From positions 78,306,001 through 78,370,000 of the forward strand of contig OX597831.1 of NCBI GenBank assembly GCA_951406725.2: DNA of 64,000 nucleotides, in the 5' to 3' direction. The position numbers were made by a program, and so were the translations under genes. Positions 39,764 to 55,977 of this stretch are shown one piece after another; positions within the stretch are counted from its first letter, which is position 1, and every line of letters starts with the position of its first letter. Below the pieces are notes generated by a model that made no database searches, was not told where the DNA came from, and saw only the letters and a program-made list of their open reading frames with translations. This DNA comes from Octopus vulgaris (lineage: Eukaryota).

Positions 39764-40690
39764 ATCATCATCATCATTGTTCGACCGTGGTCGAGACAAT
39801 GGAATTTACTATGTTACGCCAGACTTCACGGTCCATCATAGCATTACGGAGGTCCTGTTGCTGGATGCCTGTATCCCTGGAGATTACATCAGGGTAGGAG
39901 AGTGTGCGCCCTCTGGTATTGCGAGTAGATGGCTTCCAGAGGAGAAGAGTAGAAATTACTTCTTTTTCAGCTCTACAACAATGTCCAGCAAACTGGACTC
40001 TCCTACCTTTCACAAGAGATGACACAGGTGGTAGTTTCCCATATATTTGCATTTTGGTTGGATGGCGCTTCCACAAGAGATTTTGAGCTCTCATAAGGAG
40101 GCGAGTGTAGGTTCCATCCAACCGCCTCTCAAGCTTCTTTGATAACGTCCAAGTTTCTGAGCCATATAGTAGAATTGGTTCGACTGTGGCTTTGAATATT
40201 TCAAGTTTGAAGTCTCTACTTAGATTTGATGACCAGATCTTATGCATGTCATTACAGGCTGACCAGGCCATACCCTTTCTAGTTAGAAAGTCTTTTCCAG
40301 ATGATGATATGTATGACACAAGATATTTATAATCAGAAACCATATTTAAAGGCGCACTGTTGAGAGTATGGATGATGCAATCACTGTTGGACAGGCACTT
40401 GTTTATGTATTCAGTTTTGGCCTCATTGAGGTAAAGACCTACACAATTTGAGGCTTGTTCAAGCGATTGTAAAAGAGACTGGGCATTGGAGAGAGAATCA
40501 CTGATAAGAGCGATGTCGTCAGCAAAGTCAGTGTCTGTCAAGTACTCAGCTGTGTGTCTGGAACTTCTTGGTTTTATTTCAAAGCCCTTGCCAGAGATGG
40601 TATCAACTGACATACGTAGCACATAATCAACAACAATGATGAAAAGAAATGGGGCGAGTGTGTCTCCCTGCAGTATTCCGGCTTTGATTG
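39764..40690 (-). mobile_element. RTE/RTE-X LINE, 5'-truncated (RT C-terminal half) with (TGA)n tail
   Basis: GILQGDTLAPFLF...DFADDIALI...ILLYGSETWTL...QFAGHC...DREVWR; open frame to the stop at 39774. Confidence 0.92.
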
Positions 40691-40967
40691 AGAAAGATGA
40701 TATAGACAGACATATATAGACAGACATATGTATATACATACGTATATATGTATATAGCTATGCATATATGGGTACAGGGCATCACAAGCGCGTAAACATG
40801 AAATACGAAAATGACGTCGGGTACATAAAAAACGAGAGAAACGAATGGAAAATAAGACAAGTAACATAAAAAATTACCTTTCATCATTTGTTGGCTGTCC
40901 TTCTACTCCTTGTTTCGAGCATTCAAATGTTGTTTGAATGCTCGAATTAAGGTGTCGACTTCACTCT

Positions 40968-40969
<2 letters not shown>

Positions 40970-41058
<89 letters not shown>

Positions 41059-41132
41059 TGATAATAATAATAATAATGATAATAATAATGATAATAATAA
41101 TAATAGTGATAATAATAATAATAGTGATAATG

Positions 41133-41205
<73 letters not shown>

Positions 41206-41227
41206 TAATAATAATAATAATAATAAT
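40970..41227. repeat. (TAA/TGA)n microsatellite
   Basis: Seen directly. Confidence 0.95.
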
Positions 41228-41415
41228 GAAAAATAAAATAAAATATAACACAGCCCCCGCCAAATTGGAATCGTGATGGTATAATGTGGATATGTTCTTA
41301 TTTCTTTTGGAGCGATTGATCCCTTTATGGCGATGAAATTGATCTCCGACATTCTTTTATCCCCCTTTTTCCGCTTTTTATTTGATAAGGGAATAACAGG
41401 GATATGTATGTACGT

Positions 41416-41446
<31 letters not shown>

Positions 41447-41518
41447 TATACAAATGCAAGTACTATGTTTGTATGTATATATATATATATATGTGTGTGT
41501 GTGTATATATATATAGAT

Positions 41519-41564
<46 letters not shown>

Positions 41565-41869
41565 TATTCTTAAGCTGGAATATTATTGATAGTAACTTCG
41601 AAGTTTCAGCCAGCTAACCCATCATTTCTTTGAATGCAGAATACCTTAGATTACAGCAATAAAAATAGTTAATAAACCAGGAAGTTTCTAAAACATCAAA
41701 TAATGGGAGTTTTCTCTATGAAAAACAAATATGAAAACAATGAAGACCAATTATTTACAATTTTACCCTTTTTACGAAAAAGTAATCCGTTCTCGGATTA
41801 TGGGGGGTTTTAGGAATAAAAAATTCATACTATACAAAACTATAGATTTATCCATCAGATTAACGTAAA

Positions 41870-42540
41870 ACAGTTTATATAATGTAAAGTATAAAAGCTA
41901 TCTCAATATGGCTAACCACAAAGGGGGGGGGGGTTACTGTAGCTTTTTAGCCCCAGGAGATCATCGTTTCCAGCTGGCTTTAGACACACTTTCTGTGCCC
42001 TTTAGGTATTTGCAAAGGGAGGCCATCCCTTTCTCGTAAGCCTGAGTGATACGTACCGGACCGGTTTCGAGATTATTGTCTCTTATCAACGGGCGGTAAT
42101 CACCAGATCACGATGAAAGACAAGGCCTGTTTGCAAATATATAAGAGTTTTTCTAGTGACGTCTGCCACATTGAAGGGACGGGTGTCATTCCCAGACATG
42201 TTTTGCAAGACTAGTTGTTGTCCTATTCTCGGTATATGGGAAAGCATTTCAATGAGAGTAAAACCGAGTCTTGAATGAATTTTCCGAAGCCCCTGTGTAA
42301 GTTTTATATTGTTATGAGCTTTCTACTTGCACTTCAGGTGTATAAACGATTCCTTTTTTCAAGACATTTACCTTCCAACGGGAAGCCAGTTTTATCTTTG
42401 AAGTTGCAGTTCCTCAGATTAGGTTCGGCACTGTGGTTACTTTTAATAATTCTCGTGTTATGCCGATTAACAAAAGAGGCGAAGTTTTTGAAACAAGAAT
42501 AGCTAACCTTCAGTGTTCTACCATAAAAAAATTCTAAAGA
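41870..42540 (-). mobile_element. degenerate Penelope-like fragment with decayed hammerhead at 42056-42092
   Basis: TLKVSYSCFKNFASFVNRHN...CNFKDKTGFPLEGKCL parallels LKISFSSTTNF..CSCRNKELCPLNGAC at 60280-60410; CCG TTGATAA GAGA..TCTC GAAAC CG GTC CGG lies downstream. Confidence 0.7.
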
Positions 42541-42674
42541 ACCTATGGCTAGATTGGAAATATATAAATACAAAGCGTTACACTTTACTTTTGAAAATCT
42601 GTTTTTAAAAAAAACGAAACCGGTCAAGTCAATAAACACCTTTAAAAGACCTCTACATTTTCCAATCCTCTTCG

Positions 42675-42720
<46 letters not shown>

Positions 42721-43230
42721 CACTGTTAGAGTTATGCATCCAAATTCATTTGGAACAACCAATGCTGTGTTCCAAATAACTGCAATGGTGAAATATACGC
42801 AGGAATTAACACTTCATGCTGGTGTTTATCTTAATTACAACTAGTCTTGCTCTGTCTACCATAAATAGTAGCACTACTACGTACAGTGGTAGATTAACCA
42901 TTATACTGGAAGTCAAGTGAAAAATGGTAATCTACATGGAGGTGCATTTAATCCGTTATTTCAAAAGAAAAAGATTCCCAGACCGGTTGTTGTTTTGTGT
43001 TCTTGAGCAAAGCGCATCGTTTCACGTTGCTATGCGATCGTTTCGTCATCGAAATGTGGCACATGGTGCATTTCTACAGGTAATGTTGATTTGATGGAAG
43101 GAGTGAGCTTATGGGAACACAAACATTTTATCCCTCTAAACAAATCCTTTGTGTGGTTGTTCGGCAAGAAATTACCGAATCCTCATATATCTTGTAACGA
43201 CGGAAGTCCATGATATGTATATATATATAT

Positions 43231-43393
43231 AGGGGAAGGAGTGGCTGTGTGGTAAGTAGCTTACTTGTCAACCACATGGTTCCGGGTTCAGTCCCACTGC
43301 GTAGGACCTTGGGCAAGTGCGTTCTACTATAGCCTCGGGCCGACCAAAGTCTTGTGAGTGGATTTGGTAGACGGAAACTGAAAGAAGCCCGTC

Positions 43394-43445
<52 letters not shown>

Positions 43446-43641
43446 TTGCGTGTCTGTGCTTGTCGCCCCACTATAGCTTGACAACCGATGCTGATGTGCT
43501 TACGTCCCCGTAACTTAGCGGTTCGGCAAAGAGATAGATAGAATAAGTACTAGGCTTACAGAGAATAAGGCCTAGGGTCGATTTGTTCGACTATATGCGG
43601 TGCTCCAGCATGGCCGCTGTCAAATGACTGAAACATGTAAA

Positions 43642-43644
<3 letters not shown>
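43231..43644 (+). mobile_element. family-B SINE with internal (TA)(TG) microsatellite and CR1-like tail
   Basis: Collinear with 49761-50177. Confidence 0.85.
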
Positions 43645-43678
<34 letters not shown>

Positions 43679-44338
43679 TATACATATATATATATGAGAA
43701 TGAGAGAGGGAGAGAAGAAGAGGGAGAGATGCAACGTGTGAGTTACTCACGTGCGTTTTCCCTGGAAGTCATATCTTTGCTGCTGTTATTTCTCCTTATT
43801 CTTGGACTTTTGTTTATGTATCTGACGAAGGATTATATGCGAAACGTTATATTTTTACTCTCTAAGTTTCACTTTATTTCTTTTCCCTTCTTTGGACGTC
43901 AACCTAGCACTATTAGCTGTGAACGTCTTTTAACTGAATGAATATCGATCTTCATCGATCTTCATCAGGCTGCCTATCAACCAAGTTTCCTTAACAACTA
44001 TGCTCTGCCCGTTCTTCAGACATAATTTTATTGTTCCTAAATCTTCACTAACTCTTCTCTTTAAAGTCATGAAGGAAAGCGCACAAGGGAATAATGATCC
44101 TACACCACAGACAGTACTACTATTACGCACTTTGAAATCCTGAAGAGGCAAGAAGGGAGAACGAATTTAGAAAAGAGTCTTTCTCCTACCACATTCTGTT
44201 CAGTTATGAAACTCGCGTGATCCTTCGCTCTTTATGAGGTGCAGATATTTTTCTCTCATTTCAACATTTCACTGATATACTTTGTGTATACATTTATACA
44301 CGCATGTACACATACTCATGCATATATATATATGTATG

Positions 44339-44392
<54 letters not shown>

Positions 44393-44437
44393 TATAATAT
44401 ATATGTATATATATATGCATATATATATGTATGTATG

Positions 44438-44471
<34 letters not shown>

Positions 44472-44499
44472 CATACATACATATATATAATATATATTT

Positions 44500-44709
44500 A
44501 CGTGTGACCTCGTGTGTACCGTTGGCGATTTTTTTTTCCTCTGTCTTCCCTTCTCGGGATCTTTCCTTCTCCTATGTTTCCGACGAAGAGTTCCGCTCGA
44601 AATGTTAAACCCTCCTTCTTTCTTTCTTTCCTGAGCGTCCAATAATACTATATTTGTTCCACGTCCTCGCGTTGTTGTGTTTTTTTGTGCTTTCTTGTTT
44701 GGATTAACT
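44500..44709 (+). mobile_element. PLE-type terminal repeat with decayed minimal hammerhead (44576-44610)
   Basis: GTTT CCGACGA a GAG ttccg CTC GAAATGTT AAAC; the tail is also present inverted at 5265-5333; (TA)n flanks. Confidence 0.6.
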
Positions 44710-44759
44710 ATATATACATGTACACCAATACGTAATGTGTATGAAAACGCATGTATGTT

Positions 44760-44810
<51 letters not shown>

Positions 44811-45088
44811 CTACGTCTTCTGATATATGGGTATGCATGTTTGTATACACATGTATGTACGTATGTATGAATGGGTGATGTTTGAAATGCAAATATATGG
44901 TTGCGCAGTTTATGGTCGGATTTGTTCCGATGTGTGAAGTGATTTATTCTTTTGCTCCTTGTAGATTTTTACATTTCTTGGCACGTGTCTCTACTACACT
45001 GAAAAACAGAATGTTTGACATAAACCATGTATCATGGCGTCCAAGCACTACCAAACCCATTTCAAATAAATAAATAAATAACAAAATT

Positions 45089-45119
<31 letters not shown>

Positions 45120-45489
45120 CGGCAGCAGCAGCAGTAGTGGTGGTGGTGCAACCATGGACGCACAAACACAATCATATACACATATGGTGCTATAGCATGG
45201 CCCCAATCAAAATGGCTGAAACAAGTAAAAATTTAAAATAACGTAAAAGAATATATATATCAGATGGGCTTCTTTCAGTTTCTGCCTACCAAATTTGCTC
45301 ACAAGGCCTTGGTCAGCCTTGGGCTATAAGTAAAAGAAAATTCCCGAAGGTACCATGGAGTGCTATTGAACTCAATACCATGCGGTTTGAAACCAAATGT
45401 CTTCCCTCCCAGCGAAGCAATACCAGATTCAAATTTTGACACACGGCGAGCAATTTCGAAGGTTAAATTCCGGGTGAAGTCAGTTACAC

Positions 45490-46457
45490 TGAGTCCGCGA
45501 AAAGGATGAAAGGCAAAGTCGACCTCGGCAGAATTTGAACTCAGAACATGGAGACCGATGAAACACCGCTAAGCATTTTGCACGGTGTGCCAACGTTTCT
45601 GCTAGCTTGCAACCTTAATAACAATAATAATCCTTTCTACTGGAGGCACAAGGCCTCGAATTTGTGGGGGTGGGGACGTATCGATTATATGGACCCCAGT
45701 GTTTCACTTGTAATTATTTTATCGACCCCGAAAGGATGAAAGGCAAAGGCGATCTCGTCGGAATTTGAACTCAGAACGTAGCGACAAACGAAATACTGCG
45801 AAGCATTTCGCCCGGCGTGCTAACGATTGTTTTCTACTCTAGGCACAATGCCCGAAATTTTGGATGAGGTTGGGGCAATTGATTAAATCGACCCCAGTAC
45901 GCAACTGGTACTTAATTTTTCGACCCCGAAAGGATGAAAGGCAAAGTCGACCTAGGCGGAATTTGAACTCAGAACGTAGCGACAAACGAAATACCTATTT
46001 CTTGACTACCCACACGGGGCTAAACTCAGAGAGGACAAACAAGGACCGACAAACGGATTATCTCGATTATATCGACCCCAGTGCGGTACTTATTTAATCG
46101 ACCGCGAAAAGATGAAAGGCAAAGTCGACCTCGGCGGAATTTGAACGCAGAACGTAACGGCAGACGAAATACCGCTGGGTATTTCGCCCGGTGTGCTAAC
46201 GTTTCTGCCAGCTCGCCGCCTTCTATTTCTTTACTACCCTCAATGGGCTAAACACAGAGAGGACAAACAAGGACAGACAAACGGATTAAGTCGATTATAT
46301 CGACCCCAGTGCGTAACTGGTACTTAATTTATCGACCCCGAATGGATGAAAGGCAAAGTCGACCTCGTCGGAATTTTAAACTCAGAACGTAGCGACAAAC
46401 GAATTACCGCTAAGCATTTCGCCCGGCGTGCTAACGATTCTGCCAGCTCGCTGCCTT
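45490..46457 (-). mobile_element. cluster/array of about five family-A SINE units
   Basis: Repeated ggatgaaaggcaaagtcgacc..gaatttgaactcagaacg. Confidence 0.9.
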
Positions 46458-46734
46458 TCACGGGCAACTAATAATAGTATTATAGCCCTACACTTCCCGA
46501 TGTTCCTGCTACATGGTCGTAATTTTCTGATTAGCAGGCGTGACCTAATTCAATGATTGATAATTAATAAGTAGTCGAAACACTTAGCTCATTAAAGGTT
46601 AATTAGAGTAGATGCGAAAAAAAGCAGCATTTCACAAAAAGGAATTTTGGAGAATGTTGTTGCTACGTTCGTTCCCACGGTTTGATATTAACTACATGTC
46701 TATTATGAACACATACAGACCAGAGATAACTGCA

Positions 46735-47232
<498 letters not shown>

Positions 47233-47375
47233 TTTCTTTATTGGCCACACAGGGCTGAAATACAGAGGGGACAAAGAAAAATGTAGAGCTTTTCTTTTCG
47301 AAGATGGAAAAAGAAAAAAAAGGAACAAAAAAGGAAACAAATGTAAAATTCTGATCAAAAGGGGTCGGGAAAAAA
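47233..47375 (-). mobile_element. Tx1-like LINE extreme 3' end
   Basis: tttctttattggccacacagggctg...agagcttttctttt is shared with 51406-51470; GATA repeats on both sides. Confidence 0.75.
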
Positions 47376-47710
47376 GATAGATAGATGGAGAGAGAGGGGG
47401 GAGGGAGGGAGGGAGAGAGTGAAAGACAGATAAATTGATTGATTGATTCAGTGATAGGATTTGATAGATGGAGAGAGAGAGAAAGAGAGAGAGAGAGAGG
47501 AAGGAAGGAGGGAGAGACATTGTAATTAGCCGGATAGAGAAAGAAATAAGTAGAACCAGTGTGTGTGTGTGTGTGTGTGTGTGTGACAGACAGAGAGAGT
47601 TTGAGATAAAGAGAGAGTGAAAGAGAGACAGATAGAGAGAAAGACAGCCAGAGTTATAGTTTGATGGGTCGATGAATTAGAATTAAGATGTCACTGACAT
47701 CTACCTAGCT

Positions 47711-47847
<137 letters not shown>

Positions 47848-48307
47848 AGAAAGAAAGAAAGAATAGCTTGATAGTTATCCACTCAGAAGAGCGTAAACAC
47901 TGGAATTCAGAGTAAGTAGGGCAGAATCGTTAGAAGGAAGGGCGAAATGCTATGCGGTATTTCGTGCGGAGTTCAAATTTCGCCGAGATCGACTCAGCCG
48001 TTCCAGGGTCGATAGAATATGTAGTAATTAAGCAGTGAGGTCCATGTAATCGGTTTAACTTTGAGTATAAAAAAAAATATCTGCTCACAATGTACGAAGC
48101 CATGTCGAGCCAGTGAGACAGAGTAGGCTCATGAAGCCAGCATGATCTAAAGGTCAACTCCATGGGCTTCACATCGGACCATGTTTGGCGGGTGGAACAT
48201 GCACAGGTCTTCTTCCTGAGGCGGACTCATTATGGGTAGTGCAAGCCAATCCAATCCAATCCAGGGAATTTGTAGATTCTAAATACTCAGTAGACAAAAT
48301 GTCTAAA

Positions 48308-48390
<83 letters not shown>

Positions 48391-48392
<2 letters not shown>

Positions 48393-49165
48393 GGGTATTT
48401 ACATGAGTGATGACGCAACCTTTCATGTACATGTTGCCAAATTGGCAATGAAATGTCGGCGGCTGGCCGGATGGATTCTTAGAACCTTTAGAACAAGAGA
48501 CCAGGAAACCACGATGGTCCTCTGGAGGACACTTGTCCTAAGGCACTTTGATTATTGCTCTCAGCTATGATCACCATCCAGTGTCAAGTTGATCACAGAA
48601 CTTGAGGCGATCCAACGAAGCTACACGAAGAAGATAGCCTCTGTGCAGCATATAAGCTACTGGGAAAGACTCAAAAGATTAAGACTGTATTCCTTAGAGT
48701 GTAGGCGAGAAAGATATGCCATAATATACATCTGGAAGATCCTAGAAGGACTTGTCCCAAACTTTGGCATCGAGAGTTACACAAATGCCAGAACTGGGCG
48801 CCACTGCGTGGTCCCAAGGACTCCAAATTTGCCATCAAGATGTAGGACAAGATACTATGATAGCCTGGGCTTCCGAGGCCCACAGCTCTTCAATAACCTC
48901 CCGAAGAACCTAAAGGACCTGCATGGGGTGAATGCAGATGTCTTTAAAGTGGGACTGGATCTCTTCCTGTCAGGTGTCCCAGATGAACCAACTTCACGGC
49001 AGGAGGTGCAGATGAGGGCAGCTGCTTCGAACTCTCTCATGCACCAAATGGCAGTTGCTAAAAAGCATTCGTGAAGTAAAATCATGTAGCAACACCAAAT
49101 GGCGGTGCCCCAGCATGGCCACAGCTCGTGAGCTGGAACTAGATAAAATAAAATAAAAATAAATA
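48391..49165 (+). mobile_element. CR1-clade LINE, 5'-truncated ORF2 C-terminus and 3'UTR
   Basis: LGIYMSDD..F..H...GWILRTF...DYCSQL*SP...LEAIQRSYTK...YWERLKRLRLYSLECRRER...FNNLP...FKVGLD; (TAAAA)n tail. Confidence 0.9.
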
Positions 49166-49631
49166 AAAAATATATATATACACACATAAATATATACACA
49201 CACACATTATTAAACAGACAGACACACAAGTAAATAAATAGATACATAGACAAATAGATATATTTCGCCATGATGAATCGCTGAAATCGACAAGTTGTTT
49301 TATTTCTTAATTTATTCTTTCTCTCTTTATATATATATTTTTTCTCTTATTCCTTTCTATTGACAGAACGTAGACTCGAAACATAAAATACTTTCTCATT
49401 TTCGCGAGCATCAAACTAATACACCTGCCTGGTGTTCGTACACCCGTCTTCGTCCTTTGTTTCTCTATAAATTTCAACTATATTTGTGTGTGTGTGTGCG
49501 TGCATAAAAACCAAAGACATAAAATTCCGAATTAGCCTCCCACCTTATATATATGTGTGTGTGTGCGTGTATATGTGTGTGTGCTTTTGCCTGTATATAT
49601 ATTTGTATATATATATGTGTGTGCTTTTGCC

Positions 49632-50215
<584 letters not shown>

Positions 50216-50740
50216 CTGGAGTCGATTTGTTCGGTTAAAACCCTTCAGGGCGGTGCTCCAGCATGGGCGGGGTGTAGTAAGAAGTCATAGACTGATGATT
50301 CAGTTTGCCCCCTGTAGGATTTCGGTACGTGATGTTGATAAACCACAAAAGTAGCCAAATATCGGTATCCATCACTCCTAAATGGGATTAGGGGCGAGTT
50401 GTCTCGTCTGGCTACGACCTTGAAATATTTTAATACCCGTTACTATGAGGGAGCTAACCCCAACGCGCTATGGGCAGCGTACCGGCGAACAAACAAAACA
50501 CATTGAGTACATACGTTTGGTAATGTTCACAATACTAACGCTACTCATTGAACAAATGCCTGCGTGTGCGTGTGAGTGCGAGTGCGTGTGTGTGCGTGTG
50601 TGTGTTTGTGTGTGTGTTCATATATACACTCATAAAAATGTTCACATAGTTTCAACGTATCCATATAAGTATACGTATGCATATCAAATTAATTCTCTAT
50701 CTGTATGCATACACACACACACCTACACACACGGACACAG

Positions 50741-50805
<65 letters not shown>

Positions 50806-50882
50806 TATATATACATATGTATATATATATTTATATACATATATATATAGATATACGTGTATGAATACTCACACGGACACAG

Positions 50883-50915
<33 letters not shown>

Positions 50916-51080
50916 CATATATATATACATATGTATATATATATTTATATACATATATATATATACATATACGTGTATGAATACTCACACGTATATATAC
51001 TTATTTGTATATATACGTATATATATATATATATAAATAAATATATATACATATATATATATATGTATATATATATATAC

Positions 51081-51152
<72 letters not shown>

Positions 51153-51405
51153 CGCGTATGTTAATAAGACACGAAGAGAAAGGAATATCTGAAGTTTTCG
51201 GCGACGCCCTCTGTCAGAGAAAAATGTTGCTGAAGGCCACGATGATGTCTTTTCTTTATGCGAGGAAGCTTTTAGTTAGACACGACTGAGAAAATCTTCG
51301 GTATGGATTCGTATTTCAAACTCGCCCATACTTATTTACTGGAAACAGGCCGACAGACAGACAGACAGGCAGGCAGGCAGACAGACAGACAGATAAATAG
51401 ATAAG

Positions 51406-53410
51406 TTTCTTTATTGGCCACACAGGGCTGCACACAGATAGGACAAGTTACAAGGCAGAGCTTTTCTTTTGGGGGAGAAAAAAAAGAAAAGAGAAAGGTG
51501 TTTTAGGTTTTCGATCAAAAGGGATCGTAAAAGGGAAAAAAGAACAAAAAGAAAGAAAAAAAGAAAAAGGAAAAGAAAAAAAGAAAAAAAAAGGAAAAGA
51601 AAAAAAGAAAAAGGGGAAAAAAGAAAAGAAAAATGAAAAAAGAAGAAAAAAGAGGGAAAAAAGGGGGAGAGGAAAAAAACGATCAATAGGGATCGTGTAT
51701 CACAGTGTCATGATGTATGGTGTAAAGGGGAAAGCAAGTAAGGTTTATCCGTGGGAAGAAAAGTCTACGAAAAAGACCACGGTAACCTTGATCAATATTG
51801 TTATATGTTACCACATTTGTTTGCAAGTGGGTAACCCTCTATTTTCAATTTCTGGGTTCATAGGATTATGCTCAAGGTGGCTTCGTCATTCATACGTGCC
51901 ATCCTTGCTACACTCATCCATCTTTTTTTAAAACATTCGCTAGACAAAACTTGCCTCTCTACTCTCACTTTCTTTTTCAAGTGGTACTTGAAGAAGTTGA
52001 TGAGAGGTTGACCAGAGAGGAAAGTGTTTGTCTCCAATCCTTTCAGGCGCGTCCACCAGATACATTCTTTCGCCATAGCCACAAGGATGATGAAAATAGC
52101 TCTTCCTTCCCGTTTGAAGGAAGGAGGCGTGACAATATTGACGATAGACTCAGCTGATAAACCGACTCGTCCCACACGTGACAGCAGTTGTTCGACATAA
52201 GCCCACAGGTCGAAAATTGTTGGACACTGCAGGAGTGCGTGCAGAACGGTTTTGTCGCTCTGACCGCATCTCGGGCAGGTCGGCCCCGTATTTCTCGAGC
52301 GGTGTCTGTAGAGCTTATCCCGAACGGGTAGTGCTTCTCGGTAGCACTGCCAGGCCAGGGATCTCTGGAAGTTGTCCATGGGCCCTGGCCCGAAAGTCGT
52401 CCCGAACAGGCGGGTCAGGTATTCCTCGTCGACGTCCAGGTTCGCCCCGAGCTCGTCGTCGTACCTCCCCTCCACTAATCCCCTATAGAATGCTTTGGTT
52501 GTGATGTAGTCACTCAAGGTTGACCCAGGACGGCAGAGTTGCTTGAGAGCAACGCGACACTCGCGGTGCCATTCGCCCTTCCTCGGCCTCTTTTTGATCC
52601 ACGATTGCAGTTCGGTCATGGAGATGAGCTGCGGGAAAGCGTGCCTCACAATCGGCGACCATACCTGTTCACCGTCGTCTACAGAGAGCCTGAGATGTCG
52701 CAGTCTCAGCGCGTGTCTGCGCATCACCAACCACGGCATGCCCAGTCCTCCTTTTAACGGGTGTTGACAGCAAATGGATCGCCTGACCATCGGGACGCAT
52801 CCTTTTCACAAGAAGCGAAAGAGAATGTGTTCTAATTTGGTGATGGTAGGGTCGGGACAAGGCACGACGGTCAGGCGGTAGTAGATGACGGACGCGATGT
52901 ACGTGTTCGCCACCTCCGCCCGACCTCGTTCCAGTTCTTCTCCATTTGGAGGTCCGGAACGAACCAGACCCCGAGCAACTCGACCGGACCGTCGGTCCAG
53001 CGTCCCACAACGGAGGCGCTGGTGGACGGCATGGGCTTGCTTCTCCAGGAGCCTAGTCGCAAGCCCACTGACTTTTCCCGGTTGATTTTTGCTCCTGTCA
53101 CCGCTTCGTAGTTTTTCAGTGTCTCGCCGACTTGCTCTATGTGCTCGTGGCTAGACACTATGACGGTGACGTCGTCCGCGTATGCAGACACGCTCGTCCC
53201 GCATCCCAGTTCTCGCGGGATGCCCCTCAGAGTTGCCAGCTTCCGCAATAGTGGCTCGAGAGTCAATACGTATAGAAGCGACGAGAGGGGGTATCCCTGA
53301 CGAACCGAACGTGCGATGTCGAAGGGTCTCGATAGATGTCCATTTACGCGAATTACCGAACGGATGTCTCTGTACAAAGCGGCTATCCAGCCGCGGAAGA
53401 CGAGACCAAA
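51406..53410 (-). mobile_element. L1/Tx1-clade LINE, 5'-truncated ORF2 (RT and CCHC) plus 3'UTR
   Basis: [22 protein letters not shown]...AYADDVT...GAKINREKS; KGGLGMP; CPRCG..TVLHALLQCP; apparent internal deletion/frameshift near 52927; ends AATAAAGAAA. Confidence 0.92.
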
Positions 53411-53422
53411 TAGATAGATAGT

Positions 53423-53538
<116 letters not shown>

Positions 53539-53875
53539 GAGATAGAGAGATAGATAGATAGATAGATAGAATTGTAGGTAGGTAGGAAGGGAGGTAGGTA
53601 GGGAGAGACAGAGACAGACAGAGGGACAGAGACATACAAACAGATAGACAAACAGACAGATAAAAAGAGATTACTTGAAAGATAGATAAATAGCCTGCCC
53701 GAGATAAATAGATACGTAGGTGGTAGGGAGAAGTTAAACAGCAGAAAATTAATCTATTAATGATACACAATTGCTTAACTATTATAATATGTATGCATGC
53801 CTGTATGTATGTATGTTTGTTTGTATGTATGTATGCATATTTATGCCTATGTGTGAATAGCTATATATAAATACT

Positions 53876-53916
<41 letters not shown>

Positions 53917-54464
53917 TTGTGAGTGTGTATATTTATGCATGTGTATGTATATGTGTGTGTGTGATTGTGTGTGTGTATGTGTGGGTATGAATGTGAATTA
54001 TGTGGCACGCCACAGAGTATATGAATTAAATTACTTTATATACCTCGTTACATTAAATACTTGTATGTAATTTTGTGGTTTTGAATGCCCCGTGAGTTTA
54101 TTCGGTCTATGAACTAAAACCATTGCTATTCCATCAGCTTAGACGCGGTTAAAACTACGGAAGTAATTGCACTCAGTTTGCGTATCTGTTAATATGGAGT
54201 TTACACTGTCAAAGCTAGAAAATCTTTTCTCGGACTATTCCTTTAATAATGTCATCCAAGTGGACGGTATTGTCCATGTCACTAACATGGATCCAGTTTA
54301 CAGCGTCTATAAAGCATTACAATCACTATAAAAACGGTTCCAGACAAATTTTACTGAACAAACCTAGAACACTTTCAAGAGCAGCTTCAAACAACGAACA
54401 TACTCTTTCAGATATAGATATAAGATAAACACCACCTCTCTTTCTCTCTCACTATACCCCCTTC

Positions 54465-54515
<51 letters not shown>

Positions 54516-55118
54516 CCTACACATATCTCTCTCAGTTTAACTGGAAACGGAAAGACAATAGTGTTAAAAAGGAATGGTTTATCCTAGAGTCTACAGGATA
54601 TTTGAAGCGATATACTCCGTTTGCGCATTTCGTTTATTGTAGAAATTCTATATTCTTGCACAGGAACAACGCTCAGTTGAAGAGGAGAAAAATCTATGGT
54701 TCATTACAAACAGGTTAGCTATTGTTATGATCAAAGAATGATAACTTCCAGTGTACCAGGCATGATAAGCGCTAATCAGTTCTTGATTTCTATAACATCA
54801 ACGGCATTGTTCGGAATGAACTTCATCAGGTGATAACTTGTAACCGATGACAACAGGAACGTGTATCAAAATCTATTTACTGCGTGTAACTCTGGGTACC
54901 TCTGGTGTAAAACGGCAAATTTTTGTGAACAAATAAACTCTGCAACATATATTGAGAACTCTTTTTCTTCTTTACATTTCCAAACACACACATATACACA
55001 TACGATTGTGTGTGTGTGTGTACGTACATATATATATATATGCATACACACATATGCAAGTATATGCCTACTCACACACATGCATATATTGAGAGAGCAA
55101 GAGATACATCCATTGACA

Positions 55119-55178
<60 letters not shown>

Positions 55179-55690
55179 CATATACATATGCACACACACA
55201 TACATGCATATACATATATATATATATACATCTGGTTTGCAAAGACACAACAATATATATATATGTGTGTGTGTATGTGTGTGTGTGCGTCCGTGTGTGT
55301 GTGTGCGTCCGTGTGTGTGCGTGCGTCCGTGTGTGTGCGTGCGTCTGTGTGTGTGTGTATTTATATACATACATACATACATACATACGAACATACATAC
55401 ATATAGAGAGAACGGCTGTATGTAAACTTCAGACTATTTAGCGCTTATGTTATAGCTAATTACTATTTATATACAGGGGTTGCTCTAATTGTTAATTACC
55501 CAAGAATTCCAGTGTGGTGCTGGACTATGATCGACCCTAATTAGAGTAGTCTATTTAATGGTGGAGAAGTATTTGGTAAATTGTCTACGATTCTCATGGC
55601 AAATGAGAGGAATCTAGATTGTTAAACACATCCGTGAAATAAGAATAAAGAAAAACACGTCGAAATTTGTTAATTTGCTATTTTGATAGT

Positions 55691-55721
<31 letters not shown>

Positions 55722-55723
55722 AT

Positions 55724-55754
<31 letters not shown>

Positions 55755-55938
55755 CACACACACACACATACACACACACGTGCACACTTATTCACACATG
55801 CACACGTAGTTGCATGCATACCTACATATCTATCTGTCTATCAATCTAGCTATCTATTTCTCTGTCTCCCTCTCTGTCTCTGTCTGTCTGTCTGTCTGTC
55901 CCTATCTCTCTCTCTCTTTCTCTCTCTCTCTCTATCTT

Positions 55939-55977
<39 letters not shown>

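Noticed and set aside
54810-54833. Minus-strand CTGATGA..CCGAAC
   Set aside because: Lacks GAAA, stem II pairing and stem III
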